A stretch of 64,000 nucleotides of DNA, from positions 96,001 through 160,000 of IMG/VR virus record IMGVR_UViG_3300033463_000014; one strand, given 5' to 3'. Positions 11,164 through 24,366 of this stretch are shown here, in pieces (the first letter of the stretch is position 1; every line of letters begins with the position of its first letter). The notes under the pieces were generated by a model. That model was not told the origin of the DNA. It saw only the letters and a program-made list of their open reading frames with translations, and ran no database searches. Origin of the DNA: a virus. Lineage: Duplodnaviria > Caudoviricetes. Position numbers and translations under genes: made by a program.

Positions 11164-14100
11164 ACCAAAACCCACTTTCCAACACATCCCTCGATCGGAT
11201 ATTTGAGCGATATGCGCGTCACCGCGCAGATTCCCAGTTCACGTCGCCAGTGCGCGCAGTTGAAGCAATCGCCGTAACGCTCGCTTTCCGGAACGCCTAC
11301 GCGTTCTTTCTCCTGTGCGCACTCGCCAGTCTTCCTCGGTTCCTTCTTTTTTGCTGCTTTCCTCTTAACCGGGCCATCTCGGCGCCGCCTCATCGACCTT
11401 CCCATCCTTACCTCCTATGCGTATCCGCACATCATGAATTGTATTCGTTCATAGTCACGGTGACCTTGGTGGACAGCGGCTTCTCATGCCCCTCCAGGAG
11501 GTATGTGGTCCACCCCTGGCACTTGGTGTCCAGCATCGCCTTCTCGTACTTGGTGTCGCCCCATCCACACCCGTACTGGTAGATTGACTCGGTGTACGGC
11601 TCCTCCACCTTGAGATCCTTTGCCTTCTCGTTCCACTCCTCCTGAGTGAGTACGATTGTCCTGTACGGGCCGACACTGCGCCCGCAGGCGTCGGTTCGGT
11701 AAAAGTTTCTGACTACTCTCATTTTCCCTCCTTGTTTCTCCAGATTGACCAAGCCTTCCGACCTGGCACGTCATCAGATCCACCGCTCGCATAGACGCAC
11801 GGTGCCGACGAATCTCGTTTCCTTATCGTCTTCCCCGTACGTGATGTCCGGGTCGACCGACATCGGGTCGTAGACGCCCAAGGCGCTGAGGGCGAAATGG
11901 AAATCGGATTCCGAATCCGCTTCGATCCGGATCTGAACTATCAATGCATCGGAGCATACGTTATGATCGTCCACCTTTACCCGTACGTTTTTCCCTGTTT
12001 CAGCACGGATCAAAGATTCCCACGCCTTGCTGAGAACGTCTTCGAGCTTCGGCAAGAGAACGGATGTAACGCGCTTTGGGTCTTTCCCATACATCGTCCC
12101 TCCGTCCGGGAAGAGCTTTCTACCGTATATCCTGATCTTATTCCCCTGTTCTGGGTTAAGGTCGGACTTATCCCAGGTATCCCAGACGCTGATTTCCGGA
12201 GCGGCTTTGAGCCATGTCAGAGTAACAACGGTTTCGTTTTTTCCGTGAAGCTCCTTGCGGGCCCAGTCACCCGGCTTTTTCAGCCCGTCGAACAGCTTCC
12301 GTAGTGTTTCACCTTCGATTCCAATCCCTTTTGCGTTTTCGATAAACATTGACCTGACGGTTACTATTGGCGTGCCTTCTACGGACATAAGCGTGAGCGA
12401 CCCGTCGCCATAGGCCCAGTAGTCGTTGTACTCAATGATCGGTTTCTTATCTCCGTCGAACAGGTATTCCCTGTAAACGGCCCTGCGTTCATTGGACGGG
12501 TTGCCTTCCACGCCCCCGATCTCTGTAACCTCAATCAGAAAAACTTCCATCCTATTCTCCTTCTTCCTCTCTTGCTTTCTTTGCCGTATGGACTGGCCAT
12601 ATCCCATAAGTGTACACGCTGTTGCGGTACCTGCACTCATCCTCGCAGTTCGGATCGATCAACATGGCGGTCATGGACGCGACCAGCTCAGTGATATTCT
12701 CCGAATCTTCGTCATTAAGCGCATTGCACGTGATCGCCAAGTTCTCTGCAAGCCCGGCAGCCATTGCCTTTGCCGAGTCGTACACGCCGACCACCTCATT
12801 GTCGTCGTCCTTGTAGCGCTCGAAGAGAATATACACGGATTTCTCCTTATTCTTCTCCTCGAGCATCCTTTCTTTCATCTCGCTAATCTCGCTCATCCCT
12901 GCTCTCCTTCCACGCCTTCCACTTTTTGACATCTGCCGCATGTTTCCTTGCGAGCTTTCTTAGCTCTGAGAAGCGACTCGCGAAATCAATCACGCATATA
13001 CTCTCCGAAGGGACACTGGTCTTGAATGGGTTTTCGGGGAGCCTGAGGAAACCCAGGCCCTCCATCTGCTCCCAAAGCTTGATCAGGATAAACTGGTTCG
13101 GCCAGTCATCTCCAGTATATGCCATGTCTACACTCATCCGTTTCCGTTCGAGACGTTGATCTTCGCGTTGCACAGGGATAGGAACTGCCTGAGGCCCTTC
13201 AGGTCGATCGCCTCGATGTCGCAAAGGGTCATGAAGGATGTGATCGCCGTAAGCTCAGATATCGTGAACTTAGGGTTCTCTCGCTCATCCTTTGCCTTTC
13301 TCTCCTGTTCGGCGCGCTGCGCCTCGATGCGGGCCAGCTCCTCTTCCTTCCGACGATTCGCTTCCTCCACCTTCTCAAGTCGGCGGACCTCCTTGACATA
13401 GGAGATCGCGCCATTCAGTGCGGCCGCGGTGACCTTACCTAGGTCAACCTTGGATTCTGGGCGGGCCTTCTTGTACTTGACGGCCCAGTCCGACTCCCCG
13501 GAGGCCAGAAACTCGTCCACGCTCCTGAACTCCATGATGACCCGCATGGCCTTTTTAGTCGTCGTGCTGTTGCACGATGACTTGAGATACCCTTCGATCC
13601 TATCCAGTTCTTTACTGTTCTCTTCCCTCATACTTCTCCTCCTGTTTTCTCTTTTCCTTTGCCAGTTTCAGTGAGTCCTCGATCGCTGACCTCATAGCCT
13701 TTTCATAGGCATCAGTCCCTTTTTCCGCATCCTTGCTTTCACCCAACTCATACAGGTGAAGCATGAGCATAATAGCGTTAAGCTCAGGATCGTTCTTCGT
13801 GATGGCGTATTTAGACAGCTTTCGCAGGATCTTCATCGCCGGGATTCTTCCGTAAACGTCTGAGTGCTTGATGATGAATTCCGGAAGATCGAACATCCAA
13901 AAAAACGGCTTATTTTCTCGCGACATATCACTGTCCGTCCCGTCGACATGCATGCTCAACGGCAAACTATCCATCAGACGACCCCTTTCTCTTTCCGCGT
14001 GAAGGCGATGATCCTGTCGCAGATCTCTCCTCCGAAAGCGCACAGCACTTTCGCCTTCAGGTCTTTAGCATCGAGCTTGTCTGCGAGTGAGACTGCGAGC

Positions 14101-15301
14101 CGTTCGATCCGGTTGTATCCGGCAGCGGCTGACCTCACCAACTTCGAAGCCTCCGCCTCCCTGTCCGCTAACTCGATCCTACGCTCGATGATCCTGTCCC
14201 ACACCTCCCTAGTCTTCTCCTCGGACATGATGTATATGCGCCCGGATCCATCGATCTCCCCTATAAGGGGTATGTCGAAATAGGACCACCCTTCGCAGAC
14301 AAACACCTTGACCTGCGGAACAGGAGTTCCGTACCCCGGCACCGAGCAGTACGACCATGTCGTTTCTGCGTCCCTGAAAAGGGTTTTGCCGTTGTACTTT
14401 ATCTCCTCGCTTCCATACATCCTGGCCAGTTCGTTCAGGACCTTCCGGCTAACCTTCTTTCCGTTCCACTTCTCAAGGAACCCGGACTGAGCTATGGCCC
14501 TGATCTTCTCAACATGCGCCCTTATCAGTGCCTCGTCCTTTCGCAGACTCCGCTCGGCCTCTTCGATCCTAACGTTCGTAATCATGAGACTTTCAGGACT
14601 CCTCTCTCACCGTGCGTTCCATGTCCTCGTCAATGTCAGACATTCTTATTCCTTCCTCCTTTGCCGAAGATATCGTCAGGCTCGACGAGTATCTCGCACT
14701 TTGGCTCCTCGTCTGATCCGAACGGGCTTGTTTCCGATATCATACGCATCTTGAGAAACGAAAGCCTCTCAAGTCGCTGCCACATCCTGAAGAGGCATCT
14801 CTGCCCCTCCCATTTGTCGAACACCCTATACCTTGACGGGACGGACCTGAACATCCTGAGACTATCGAGCTTCGCGCTGTTCGCCTCGTAACGATCATGG
14901 TCGTTTTTAGTGCCATCCCTCCTTGGGAGCTCTCCGACGATAGCCGCCCTGTGCCATAAGGACTTCCTTACCATCTTGCTGTAGAAGTAAACCCACACAG
15001 CGTGTATTTGGCCTCCGCCGAACCAGGAGAATCTGTAACGCTTGAACATCTCAACCCTCCTCAGGCAACGGCGTAGCGTCTGTCCATTGAAACGGGCGCA
15101 TCGATTTCATCAATTCTCATTTCTTCTTTCCTTTCTTCTTTTGCTTTCACCTGTACTTCGCTTGCCTGGCCTTGAACTCGGGGAGCGGAGAAGTCTGGTT
15201 CCGTTTTGTGTCCACGTTGTTTCGCTATTTACAGAGCCAGGAAAGATAGTCGGTATCAAGCAAAAATCCCAGCGCATCCGCATTACTGGACGTTTCACAT
15301 G

Positions 15302-15652
15302 TCATTCCAACACCACCCTTTCCCCGAGGCTGATTACGTAGTGCGGCGCGTCGGGCTCGCCCCACTCTGGATGCGGGTGAGGCCTGTAGCCCACTACGTA
15401 CAAATCGCCAATCGGCCACGGATGCGCTCGGAAGAACATGCCCGGCTTCGCGTACCCGAGAGAAAACGCAACAACAAGATACGTTTTCCTGCCACACAAC
15501 CGTCGATCAATCCAGTTTCTGATTCTCACGTCCCAATAGAGCTTTTCTTCACGGTACTCCTCCTTCTTTTCTCCGCTTGCGATCATGTCGTACCACTTTC
15601 GCTTCAGCGTGAGGTTAAGCACGGAGCAGTCTTCTCGTTTCAGCGTTTGCAT
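15302..15652 (-). CDS. ASCH/PUA-like domain protein
   Basis: LNLTLKRKWYDMIASGEKKEEYRE..YW..R signature. Confidence 0.75.
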   Translation of the reverse strand: MQTLKREDCSVLNLTLKRKWYDMIASGEKKEEYREEKLYWDVRIRNWIDRRLCGRKTYLVVAFSLGYAKPGMFFRAHPWPIGDLYVVGYRPHPHPEWGEPDAPHYVISLGERVVLE

Positions 15653-18600
15653 TCTTTTCCACTCCCTATTTCGCTGTCTCTCCGTATCGCATCCTTACTA
15701 TTGCAACCAATGATCATGTCGCTACTTTCTTCTCCTTTCTTCGATATCATCCACTTCACTACGCACTCCGCGCAGTTGTGGGGGCATTGAGTCCTCGGAT
15801 CTTCCCAGTCGTTATCGTAATGATCGCAAACTTCCGACCTGAATCTCCTTGTGATTTCTTCTGCGGATTCAGCTGTGTCACAATTCCTCGATGGCTCGAC
15901 CATGGCATGCCTCATCATGGCAATGCACATCTTCATGCACCCGACAAGGAACAAAACATCATCACCGAAGTCTTTGTCGGCGACGGCTTCGTTCATGTAC
16001 TTCGAGCACAACTCCAACGTTTTGCGCATCGCATTTGTGTTTCCGGCTTCATGTCCATATACCTCTTTGTTCATCCTATCGCAGATGGATTCTGCGCGTT
16101 CGATCCTCCAATCCCTGTAAGTATCAGTGTCCCAGCGGAACAATACATCGTGATTCGACGAGCAACGTATCGCCACGACAGAAGTCCCGTAATCAACATA
16201 GAATGGCTTTCCTCCTCCCGTTATACTCATTCAGCGCCTTCTTCCTTCTCTATGAGTTCAGCAAGGTGTTTGATGTCTTCGCTGATCCGGTTTAGGTTTT
16301 GGTACTGCTCAACGAGCCGGTGTAGCGCGTTGTCCGCAGTGAATTCGCCATACCCGACACCTCGAATAGCGTCGTAAATACATAAGCAGGAAGAATCAAC
16401 ACGAAATGACAGAGAAATCAGTTTGCCCCTGAGGTCCTTCATTCATCACCGCCTTTCTTATCCGCCTTTGCGTACAGCCACTCATCGAACTTCTTTTGGT
16501 CCTGCATATCATCTGCGCAATCGTTCTGCCATGCGACCCACGCTTCATGCAGATTCTGATACGTGTCGCAGTTCCTCGCGGGCGCGGCGAGGGCGGCGTC
16601 ACACCTAATGACCGGCTCCACAAAACCATTGAGGGCCAAAACATCACGAGCATACTTTAGCGCGTCTCGGAGCGCGACGGCGTTTCCGTTTTCAGCCATT
16701 TTACGCCTCCTTCCCTTCCTGGGCAAAGAGCCAGCGCACAAACGCGAAAACCTCGTCCATATCGTCCCACAGTTCGATGTCGGCCCAAACCTTGTGTCCG
16801 CGAATCCTCTGGAACTCCAGCCGCGCCTCCTCCGCCGTTGCGAATCTGTTGCAGTTGAGCGGAGGTGTAGAAAGTGCGTAACGAGCATTTTGTGCCAACT
16901 GGTGTAGCACAGGTGAGATGCTCATACAGCAACGACAAGTGGTCTGATAATAGGAGATCATAGACTCAAGCGCCTCTCTCATCTGCTCGTATGCGTTCAT
17001 TCCGCACCTCCTTCATCCGCCGTGGTGAGGGTCCACAGGCCAAACCAGTATTCTGGTGTCAGGTTTTGGTTGTACTTCCACAACTCGTTCTCAAGAAAGT
17101 AATCTTTAGCGGATATGTAGTCATCGAACTTATCGCAGTTCCTCGCTGGCGCGGCGAGGGCTTTTTGGATTGCCGTCTTCGCCTCGCACAAATCACGATG
17201 TCCGCACAGTATGTCACCACAGTTCGCATTTATCGTGCTGTTCTCCCAAGCGAGACTGTCGCAAGTATGATTTGCTCGGGCATGGTTGCATATTGCCTTC
17301 TTCGCTATCTCCAGCGCCTCGCGCATCTGCTTGTATGCGTTCATCCCTTCGCCTCTCCTTCCGCCGTGTACGGCATCTGCGCCCACACCAATTGACACGA
17401 TTCGCTCCCTGTTTGCCTAAAATCCCATCTCGCATGAACAGGGCAATCACAACAATCTTGCGCTTTGCATTGTTTTCTGTATCGCTCGTACTGCTCCTCC
17501 GCCGTGCCAACGTCGCAGTTGCGGCGCGTTTCAGCGTTCTCACCCTTCACCTCAACAACGATGACGAACACGTCCTTCGAGTCTCTCCTCTCCTCGATCC
17601 GCACCCCCGCGATGTCGAGCGGGATCCTCTCCCCGTCCCGCTCGATCTCCACCGGCACGTTCGAGTCAGACAGCCTCTGCGCCATCCTCCCGATCTCCGT
17701 CGCCACCGTCATCCACCCCATCATTTCGACACCTCTTTTTTCATCTTCCGATCCTTCTTCCTAACGTAGTACTGGCACTCTCCCGGCGAGCACGGCTTGT
17801 CGTCCTCCATCTCGTCTAGTTCGCAGAAACAGTGCGAGACAACCCTCTCGCATTCACTGTCAAGCACGATACCCGTTCTAAAGAACGCGCACTTGCTGTT
17901 TTTGTGGGCAATCATCGGCTCGCATCCCCTTCCGCCGTGTACTGCATCTGCGCCCATTCCAATTGGCATAGCAATTCACCATGTCCTTCCTGCCTTAATT
18001 TTATGTGTATAGGGCAATCTTCCGCGCATCTCACATTGCCTCTATATGAGCATGGATTGTATCTGTCCGTGAATTTACAATACCTTCTAGACTGCTCATC
18101 CGGCGTCCCCACGTCGCAGTTGCGGCGAGGAAGGTCAAGGGCGGCGCGGGCTTCTTTGAGAACTGATAGGGTGTGCTCGCTATTCATGTGGCAGTTGGGC
18201 GATTTGATTGCTATGGCTAGCGTATTCTCATCAACCCCCATGTTATACAATACATCAAGAAGTTTCTCCAAAGCCTCCCTCATCTGCTCGTATGCGTTCA
18301 TTTGGGGCCTCCCTCCTGTTCGATCCGCTCTATGTAACGAACGGCATCTGTGAGCGTGTCGCACTCCGTGACGCTCGTCAGTCTTTCGTCGTTCTTTGAA
18401 ACGCGCCAACGGACATGACCGTTAATCCTGTCGTAGCCGTAGATAGTTATACAAGTTATAACATACCTTCCGTCGAAGTAGTATTGGCTAGCATCGACCT
18501 TTGTCAATCTGCCGCCTATCATTCCGCCCTCCTTTCCCTGCTGGTCGCAATTTGCTATACCAGAACTTGCGCTTTTCGCGCTTCCACAGCAACCGCGCAA

Positions 18601-19520
18601 TCTTGCAAACAATCTTGTCCCTGTCTTCATGGTAGTCCAGCTGTTCGCCAAACACCCAACCAACTGCCCATTCGTATGACGCATCATAGCGGAGGAGCGT
18701 TACCTCCCCGTTTGTCGTTCCAAAGCGGGAAATTTTATTGTAGAAGATGTTTCGCGCCTCTCTTCTTATTTTGCGTAGTAGTTTAGTCTTCATTCAGCAC
18801 CGCCTTTCCTTTTGCGATAGTGTTCATGATCGAACATCTTTACCAACTGATCCTCTCTCATACCTTGTACTTTATGGTTGCAGAAATCTACCAAGTCTTT
18901 AAGCGTTCCATCAACCCAGTGCCGTATGACTCTAAAATCATCAGCAAGTTTTGTCTCTCTAAATCTGTAGTGGTATCTCTTGAAATCTTTGCACGCATAA
19001 TCAATGTTGATTTTCGCCGCCCTAAGATGCGCGAGGATTATTGCATCCTCGACAATTTCAACATCGTCAATGGTCGTTGTCTTCGCTTTGCTCTTCTTCT
19101 TTCGCTCACTCATTCCGCGCCTCCTTTCTCCGCCTGGTCGAAGAGCCACGCTTCGGTTGAAATTTCAACTCCTATGATTCGACCTTGCGCATCTTTCGGG
19201 TGGTTTCGCAATTCGGAGTACATTTCCGCCAAAGACAAGAACAAATCGCAGTTCCTCGCCGGTGCGGCGAGGGCTGCCATCGTCTTGTTGTATGCTGTTT
19301 CGAACAGTCCTCTCATATACTCGTTCATCGGATGGTCTACCCTCCATAGGTAGTCCATACAAGATTCCAGCGCCTCGCGCATCGCCGCCGCGTTGCCAAC
19401 GGGCGGATGTTCGTGATACGTCGGTGAGTTGCATCCGTTCGGCTCACCGTAGTATTCGCAGAACGTTGGCTCAATCTCTCCGTCTGCGCATTTAGCGCAA
19501 ATTCCATTCCAATCTCTCAT
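15640..19520 (-). other. Cluster of seven modular 'RNCD' family paralogs interspersed with unrelated small ORFs
   Basis: 15640..16230, 16439..16699, 16701..17000, 16997..17344, 17341..17724, 17912..18301, 19110..19520 share MNAY(E/K)QMREALE, ALAAPARNCD and/or EGGAE/YTAEG boxes. Confidence 0.8.
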
Positions 19521-19577
19521 TTCTCTCCTTCTACCCGCATTCATACACGACACAGCCAATCGTCACTTCCATTGAGC

Positions 19578-20492
19578 TTACCCCATCTTAACGATCTTTC
19601 CGCCACAGAGCGCGTACCATGTGTCGGGCTTGTACTTTTTACCGTCGATCCGTATCGCCTTCACGCCGAGGACGTTGTTTTCGCCGTCGCGCTCGGTGAG
19701 GACAAGCCAGCTTCCTAGCGATCCACGCGCCTTGCAGTTGGAGCCAAGGACGACCGCTATGGCGTTCTCTCCCATTGACTCGGCTTCTGAAAAATCACCG
19801 GCAGCAACTGCGTTTGACGAGTCTCCCGAAGTTATGGCGGTTGCGCCGAGTCCCGAAGTCATGGCGTGTGACCTGAATCCGGAAGTTTTTGCGCATGCGT
19901 TTATTCCGGTAGTTGCGGCGTTCGCCCAGGATCCAGAAGTCTCGGCACTCGCGCCGTATCCAGAAGTCATGGCGTTCGCGTTGTTTCCAGAAGTCGCGAC
20001 GTGCGCGTTGTTTCCAGAAGTCGCGGCGTGTGCGAAGGCTCCCGAAGTCGCGGCGTTTGCGAAGGCTCCCGAAGTCGCGGCGTTTGCGAAGACACCGGAA
20101 GTCGCGGCGTGCGCGTTGTTTCCAGAAGTCGCGACGTGCGCGTTGTTTCCAGAAGTCGCGACGTTTGAGCAGCGTTTTCTCGTACCAGCATGTGCTCTGA
20201 CAAAGTCGATTTCAGCCTTGACCAGGTCAGCTATAGTTATCCTGGGTCCGATCTTGATTCTGGTCGAAGCTACCTTCGTCCCTTCGCCGTTGTGTACGAT
20301 TTCGCCGTCAAGCTCGACCTCGTGATAAACGGATTCTCCCGGTTTGTAGTAGCTGAAACATTCCAACGGGTCTTCACAGGCGTGGAATCCGCATTCACAA
20401 ATTTCAGCCCTGTCCGTCTCGTAAGACTTGCCCTCCTCGTACTGGAAGCCACGGCAAGTCATGTCCCTGTTAAATCCTTTATAAGCCTTCAT
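19578..20492 (-). CDS. Paralog copy 3 of the MKAYKGF 11-aa repeat protein
   Basis: Near-identical N-terminal DNA to 2380-2662; ATSGNNAHV/ATSGAFANA repeats. Confidence 0.85.
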   Translation of the reverse strand: MKAYKGFNRDMTCRGFQYEEGKSYETDRAEICECGFHACEDPLECFSYYKPGESVYHEVELDGEIVHNGEGTKVASTRIKIGPRITIADLVKAEIDFVRAHAGTRKRCSNVATSGNNAHVATSGNNAHAATSGVFANAATSGAFANAATSGAFAHAATSGNNAHVATSGNNANAMTSGYGASAETSGSWANAATTGINACAKTSGFRSHAMTSGLGATAITSGDSSNAVAAGDFSEAESMGENAIAVVLGSNCKARGSLGSWLVLTERDGENNVLGVKAIRIDGKKYKPDTWYALCGGKIVKMG

Positions 20493-21634
20493 CCGCACCA
20501 CCTTTCCTATCCCTCTTTCTGAGATTAAATGACTCGCACAGCGTATAGACAGGCATGCCGGTGTATGCGCTCACAGCGTCGTCGTACGTCCGCTGCCACT
20601 CACCGTAGTATAATGGGCCTCCGAAAATGCAGTCGCAATACGCGATGAACCACTCGCCTGTCTCGTGTGGTGGTATCACATAGCCGTCACCTCGACACGG
20701 AAGACTGATTCTCCCCCTTTCGCATTCATACTCAATAAAGCGCTTCCATCTCTTGTAAGGACTTTCCCCTAAATCCGGATTGTTTAGAATGAAAGCCATT
20801 TCGTCATCGGTTCCAGTGAACTTGAACGACGCAACCTCTATAGGGCTCCCGCAGTCTTCGCATTCTTTGAGATAGACATTTCCGTTATTCGCTATGAAAA
20901 TGTCATCTCTGCTTCTGATCTCGTCAAGAAGATCTCCTATAATCTCCATGAGCTGCCTTGAGCTTAACTTCTCCAGCATCATCCTGCCCTTTCTTCCCCT
21001 TTCCGTCCATTCCGTCTGAATCAGGCCACTCTTTGTTCTCTTTTAAAACCTTCTTTTCACCACATTTCTCCTTTCTTTTTTCGTTTAGTCCAGAGTTGTT
21101 CGCGCGCGTTCCTTCCTCGTAGAACACGCAGCCTTTACTCCTGCACCTTACGTATCCTTCCTGAAGACCGCAGGCCCAGTACCTTACGCTTTTCCATGGC
21201 TCTCCGTGGAAAAGCCCGCTCCTTATGCTAATCGCGCGGAAGGCGTGTCTGCATGTTTTCATTAACGCTCCTTATCATTGCTTTTAAATCTGTCGCCGAT
21301 CTCGTAGTCCGGGCATCCGCCATCAGTGTTCCTCGCGATCGCCGAAGGGAAATCATTCCACCATCCCTGCCCCGGCTTTCCGACTTCCGGATCCGTATCT
21401 TTCTCGCACATGAATCCGTCTGGAACAGCGTCCTCTATATGACCGAACCCTACATACCCTCCATCATCACCTTTTACGAAAGCCCCCCTGAATTTGCATG
21501 AAAGGCAGTTTCTGTGCCCTGGATCAAATCTGCAGTCGTGACGGGAAGGTGTCTTAAAATTTTTCCCGCACCACCTGCATCGGTACATTGTAACCTTTTC
21601 CATCGATCTCATTCCAGTTCCTCTATTCCACTTC

Positions 21635-22186
21635 TCACTTCGAAGCTGTTTTTTCCACATCCTTGTCTGCGCATGCCTTCACGAACACTACGAACCACGT
21701 AAACTTCGACCCGCTCCTCGAAACCGTCTTATGCCAGATGAGCGGAGGGTACTCCTTAGGCGCTAGACCGAGCATATAGTCTATCGACTTGAACGAGTCG
21801 CACCACTTAAAGATAAGAGTTCCGTTTTTCTTCAGCACCCTGAAGCACTCTGCGAAACCCTTCCTAAGGTCTTCCTCCCACTTAAATCCAAGCGATCCGT
21901 ATTTGTAGAACATGAAGCTCGTCTCGCCGCACTTGAGATGCGGAGGGTCGAAGATCACGATGCTGAACGACTCGTCAGGGAATTCCATTTTCCTGAAGTC
22001 CCCGACGATGTCCGGCCTGACCTCGAAGTAGGATCCGTTACTCTCTATCTTGTGCCGCTCGACTACCCTGATGTCCTGTCCGACAACGCGTGTGTCCCGC
22101 TTGTCGAAGTAAAACATCCGCCCTCCGCAGCACGCGTCGAGGACTGGTCTAGATCCGATATCCATTTCTCTGACATCCTGTTCCAT
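21635..22186 (-). CDS. Class I SAM-dependent methyltransferase (probable amino-DNA MTase)
   Basis: VLDACCGGRMF (motif I) and IFDPPH (motif IV-like), ECFRVLK..GTLIFKW. Confidence 0.85.
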   Translation of the reverse strand: MEQDVREMDIGSRPVLDACCGGRMFYFDKRDTRVVGQDIRVVERHKIESNGSYFEVRPDIVGDFRKMEFPDESFSIVIFDPPHLKCGETSFMFYKYGSLGFKWEEDLRKGFAECFRVLKKNGTLIFKWCDSFKSIDYMLGLAPKEYPPLIWHKTVSRSGSKFTWFVVFVKACADKDVEKTASK

Positions 22187-22344
22187 GCTTCCACCGCTCC
22201 CTGAAAAGTGTCTGACGCTTCGGCCGTTAACCCGCAGTTCGGACAGACGAAATACACGTCCGATCCGGAAGGGAACGACTTAACCAGCTCAAGACCGACA
22301 TTCCTGTTGCCGCACCTAGGGCAATGCATTTTTCTGTCTACCAT
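22063..22344 (-). CDS. Lar-like (restriction alleviation) zinc-ribbon protein
   Basis: CPRCG...CPNCG...AVEAWNR pattern. Confidence 0.6.
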   Translation of the reverse strand: MVDRKMHCPRCGNRNVGLELVKSFPSGSDVYFVCPNCGLTAEASDTFQGAVEAWNRMSEKWISDLDQSSTRAAEGGCFTSTSGTHALSDRTSG

Positions 22345-22356
22345 GGCACACCTCCA

Positions 22357-22722
22357 TTAGAACGGCATCTCGTCATCTTCCCTGTCCTCTCCGGGGAAGT
22401 CTGCCGCCGCAGAGGACGCCCTTTCGCACGCACCGATCGACGCGAGCGACAGCCACATCGAGTACTTTTTCCATTTACCCGAACCGTCTTTCCTGTCCAG
22501 CTCGTCAACCTTTCCGTTCAGGTATCCGGTCACGTGAACCGTTGCCCCGACCTTCGCGAACCCGTCCTGTGGCCCTAGAGGCTCTGGATCTTTCGTTGTG
22601 AACGCGAATGGGCTCGGATATGCCCCCTGCTCCTCAACAACAATCGTGTATCGCGTAACTCCGTCCTTTCCAATCCTCTTCGTCCTCTCCCGGACGACTC
22701 CATTCATGCTGACCTTCATCAT
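22357..22722 (-). CDS. SSB-like OB-fold protein
   Basis: Beta-rich 121 aa with V.VTGYL motif and acidic tail ending DDEMPF. Confidence 0.65.
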   Translation of the reverse strand: MMKVSMNGVVRERTKRIGKDGVTRYTIVVEEQGAYPSPFAFTTKDPEPLGPQDGFAKVGATVHVTGYLNGKVDELDRKDGSGKWKKYSMWLSLASIGACERASSAAADFPGEDREDDEMPF

Positions 22723-24003
22723 TCATCCTCCGAATATGGATCGTCACCGAACATCATCGCCATCACATGACCAAGTGCCCGAATGACGGTTTCGACATCA
22801 TCTGTTAAAGAAGTAACCGCATCGCCCACGGAACCGTATCCAAGCTCATAAGCAAAGCTTGACAATCCTTCCAGAGCGTTCACCGCATCATCCTTGACCT
22901 TATGGTACCGATCCCACGCTTTTACCCTTTCTGTCATGTCATTCATATCGTTTCCCGCTTTCGTTCCCATCGGACTCCTCTTTCTCTTGACGTTCGCACT
23001 TCACGCATACATCGTTCAGCTCAGAGTCACCGATGACATATGGGAGCGCAGACCACCCTAATGACTCTTCGTCGAATCCGCCCTTCAGACCTCCCTCGAA
23101 ATCGTCAGACGGCATGAAGAAAGGAAGATTGGTGAACACTTTCCTGTCTTTCACAAGGCCTCCGGCAGTCACTACATAATGCTCCTGGTAGCCCATCCCT
23201 TCTTCCTCAGCCCAGATTTCGATTCCGACGCCCAGAGCCTTGCAGATACACTGAAGAGGCCTCTTAACAGAACCGTTCTCCATGCTGTAGCTAGGCTGGT
23301 CCATGTTAATCCATTCGCTTATTCCCCAAGCGACGTCCCCGCATAGGCCACAAACCCAGTATCCGTCATCTTCGTGAGCCTCATCGTACACGTCGCAGCA
23401 GAAGCATCTGTATACGAAGAACTCACTGTCCCTGTATATTAAGATGTCATATACCCTATCGACGGATTCCTTCGTCCTACCTACGACGTGCATATCGTAG
23501 AAACAGTTGTTCGCCATACAGACTCTTCTTATTTTCCTTTTACTACACCTGACATGTCCAGGAGCTCTGAGTACTTCGCCTCGGCCTCGCCGGGAGGAAG
23601 CGACCTGAGTTCCTCGAACGCCTCGAGAAGTTCGTCACCGTAGAACGACACGACCTCTCGGTAGTGCGCGTATTCGATACCAAGATCATTCCAGTTCGGT
23701 CCCTTGATGTAGGGTATCAGCCTTCCCGGATCTTTCACGTATCCGGGATTCACCTTCATGAGAGACTTTGCCCACTTCCTGAACTGATTCATAAGCTCTG
23801 ACTGCTTTTTCTTCATTCTCCAATCTCCTTTCCAACATCGCAACCGTCTATAACGGACTCAGCGAAACTGACCATATCCGCCTTGCTCTTCTCCCACGCT
23901 GACTCAAGCTCCGCTCCGTCCCATCCTTTCTCTGCTATCGCACTGTCGCAATGGCTAAACTTAAGGACGAGCCTAGCGAGCTTAACGAGCCTCTCTTCTT
24001 CAA

Positions 24004-24366
24004 CTAACGGCATGTCATTTCCTCAACATCATATCCTCTTGACCTAAGCCAGTCGGCTATCAGGTGCCTGTGGCTGAAGCACAGCCTAGTCTTCTTCCTG
24101 TCCTCGTATCCCTCCCATGCCGTAAGTATCCTGTTGTTGTACCTGCTCGCTATGTCGTCTGCGTCAAGCGCGGCGAACCTCATGGTATACAGTTGGGAGA
24201 ACCGCTGGACGCTCATTTTGCCCTTCATGAACTTCCATAGCATTCCGAACGGAGGGGCGAGCTCGTCAGCGACAGGAAGATGGAAACCTGGAGGCTGCTG
24301 AAGGCAGACGCTCACGGCCCTGTCGGACCTGTCTCCAAGTCCGGAAAAGTAACAGGTGTAGATCAT
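24004..24366 (-). CDS. DUF488-like protein
   Basis: IYTCYF, ELAPP, CFSHRHLIADWL. Confidence 0.55.
   Translation of the reverse strand: MIYTCYFSGLGDRSDRAVSVCLQQPPGFHLPVADELAPPFGMLWKFMKGKMSVQRFSQLYTMRFAALDADDIASRYNNRILTAWEGYEDRKKTRLCFSHRHLIADWLRSRGYDVEEMTCR

Larger units (their letters stand above)
123..24013 (-). other. Phage accessory region: dense array of small, mostly hypothetical, translationally coupled ORFs
   Basis: Dozens of 60-340 aa minus-strand ORFs tile the region with ATGA-type overlaps and purine-rich SD tracts; plus-strand ORFs are shadows. Confidence 0.85.
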
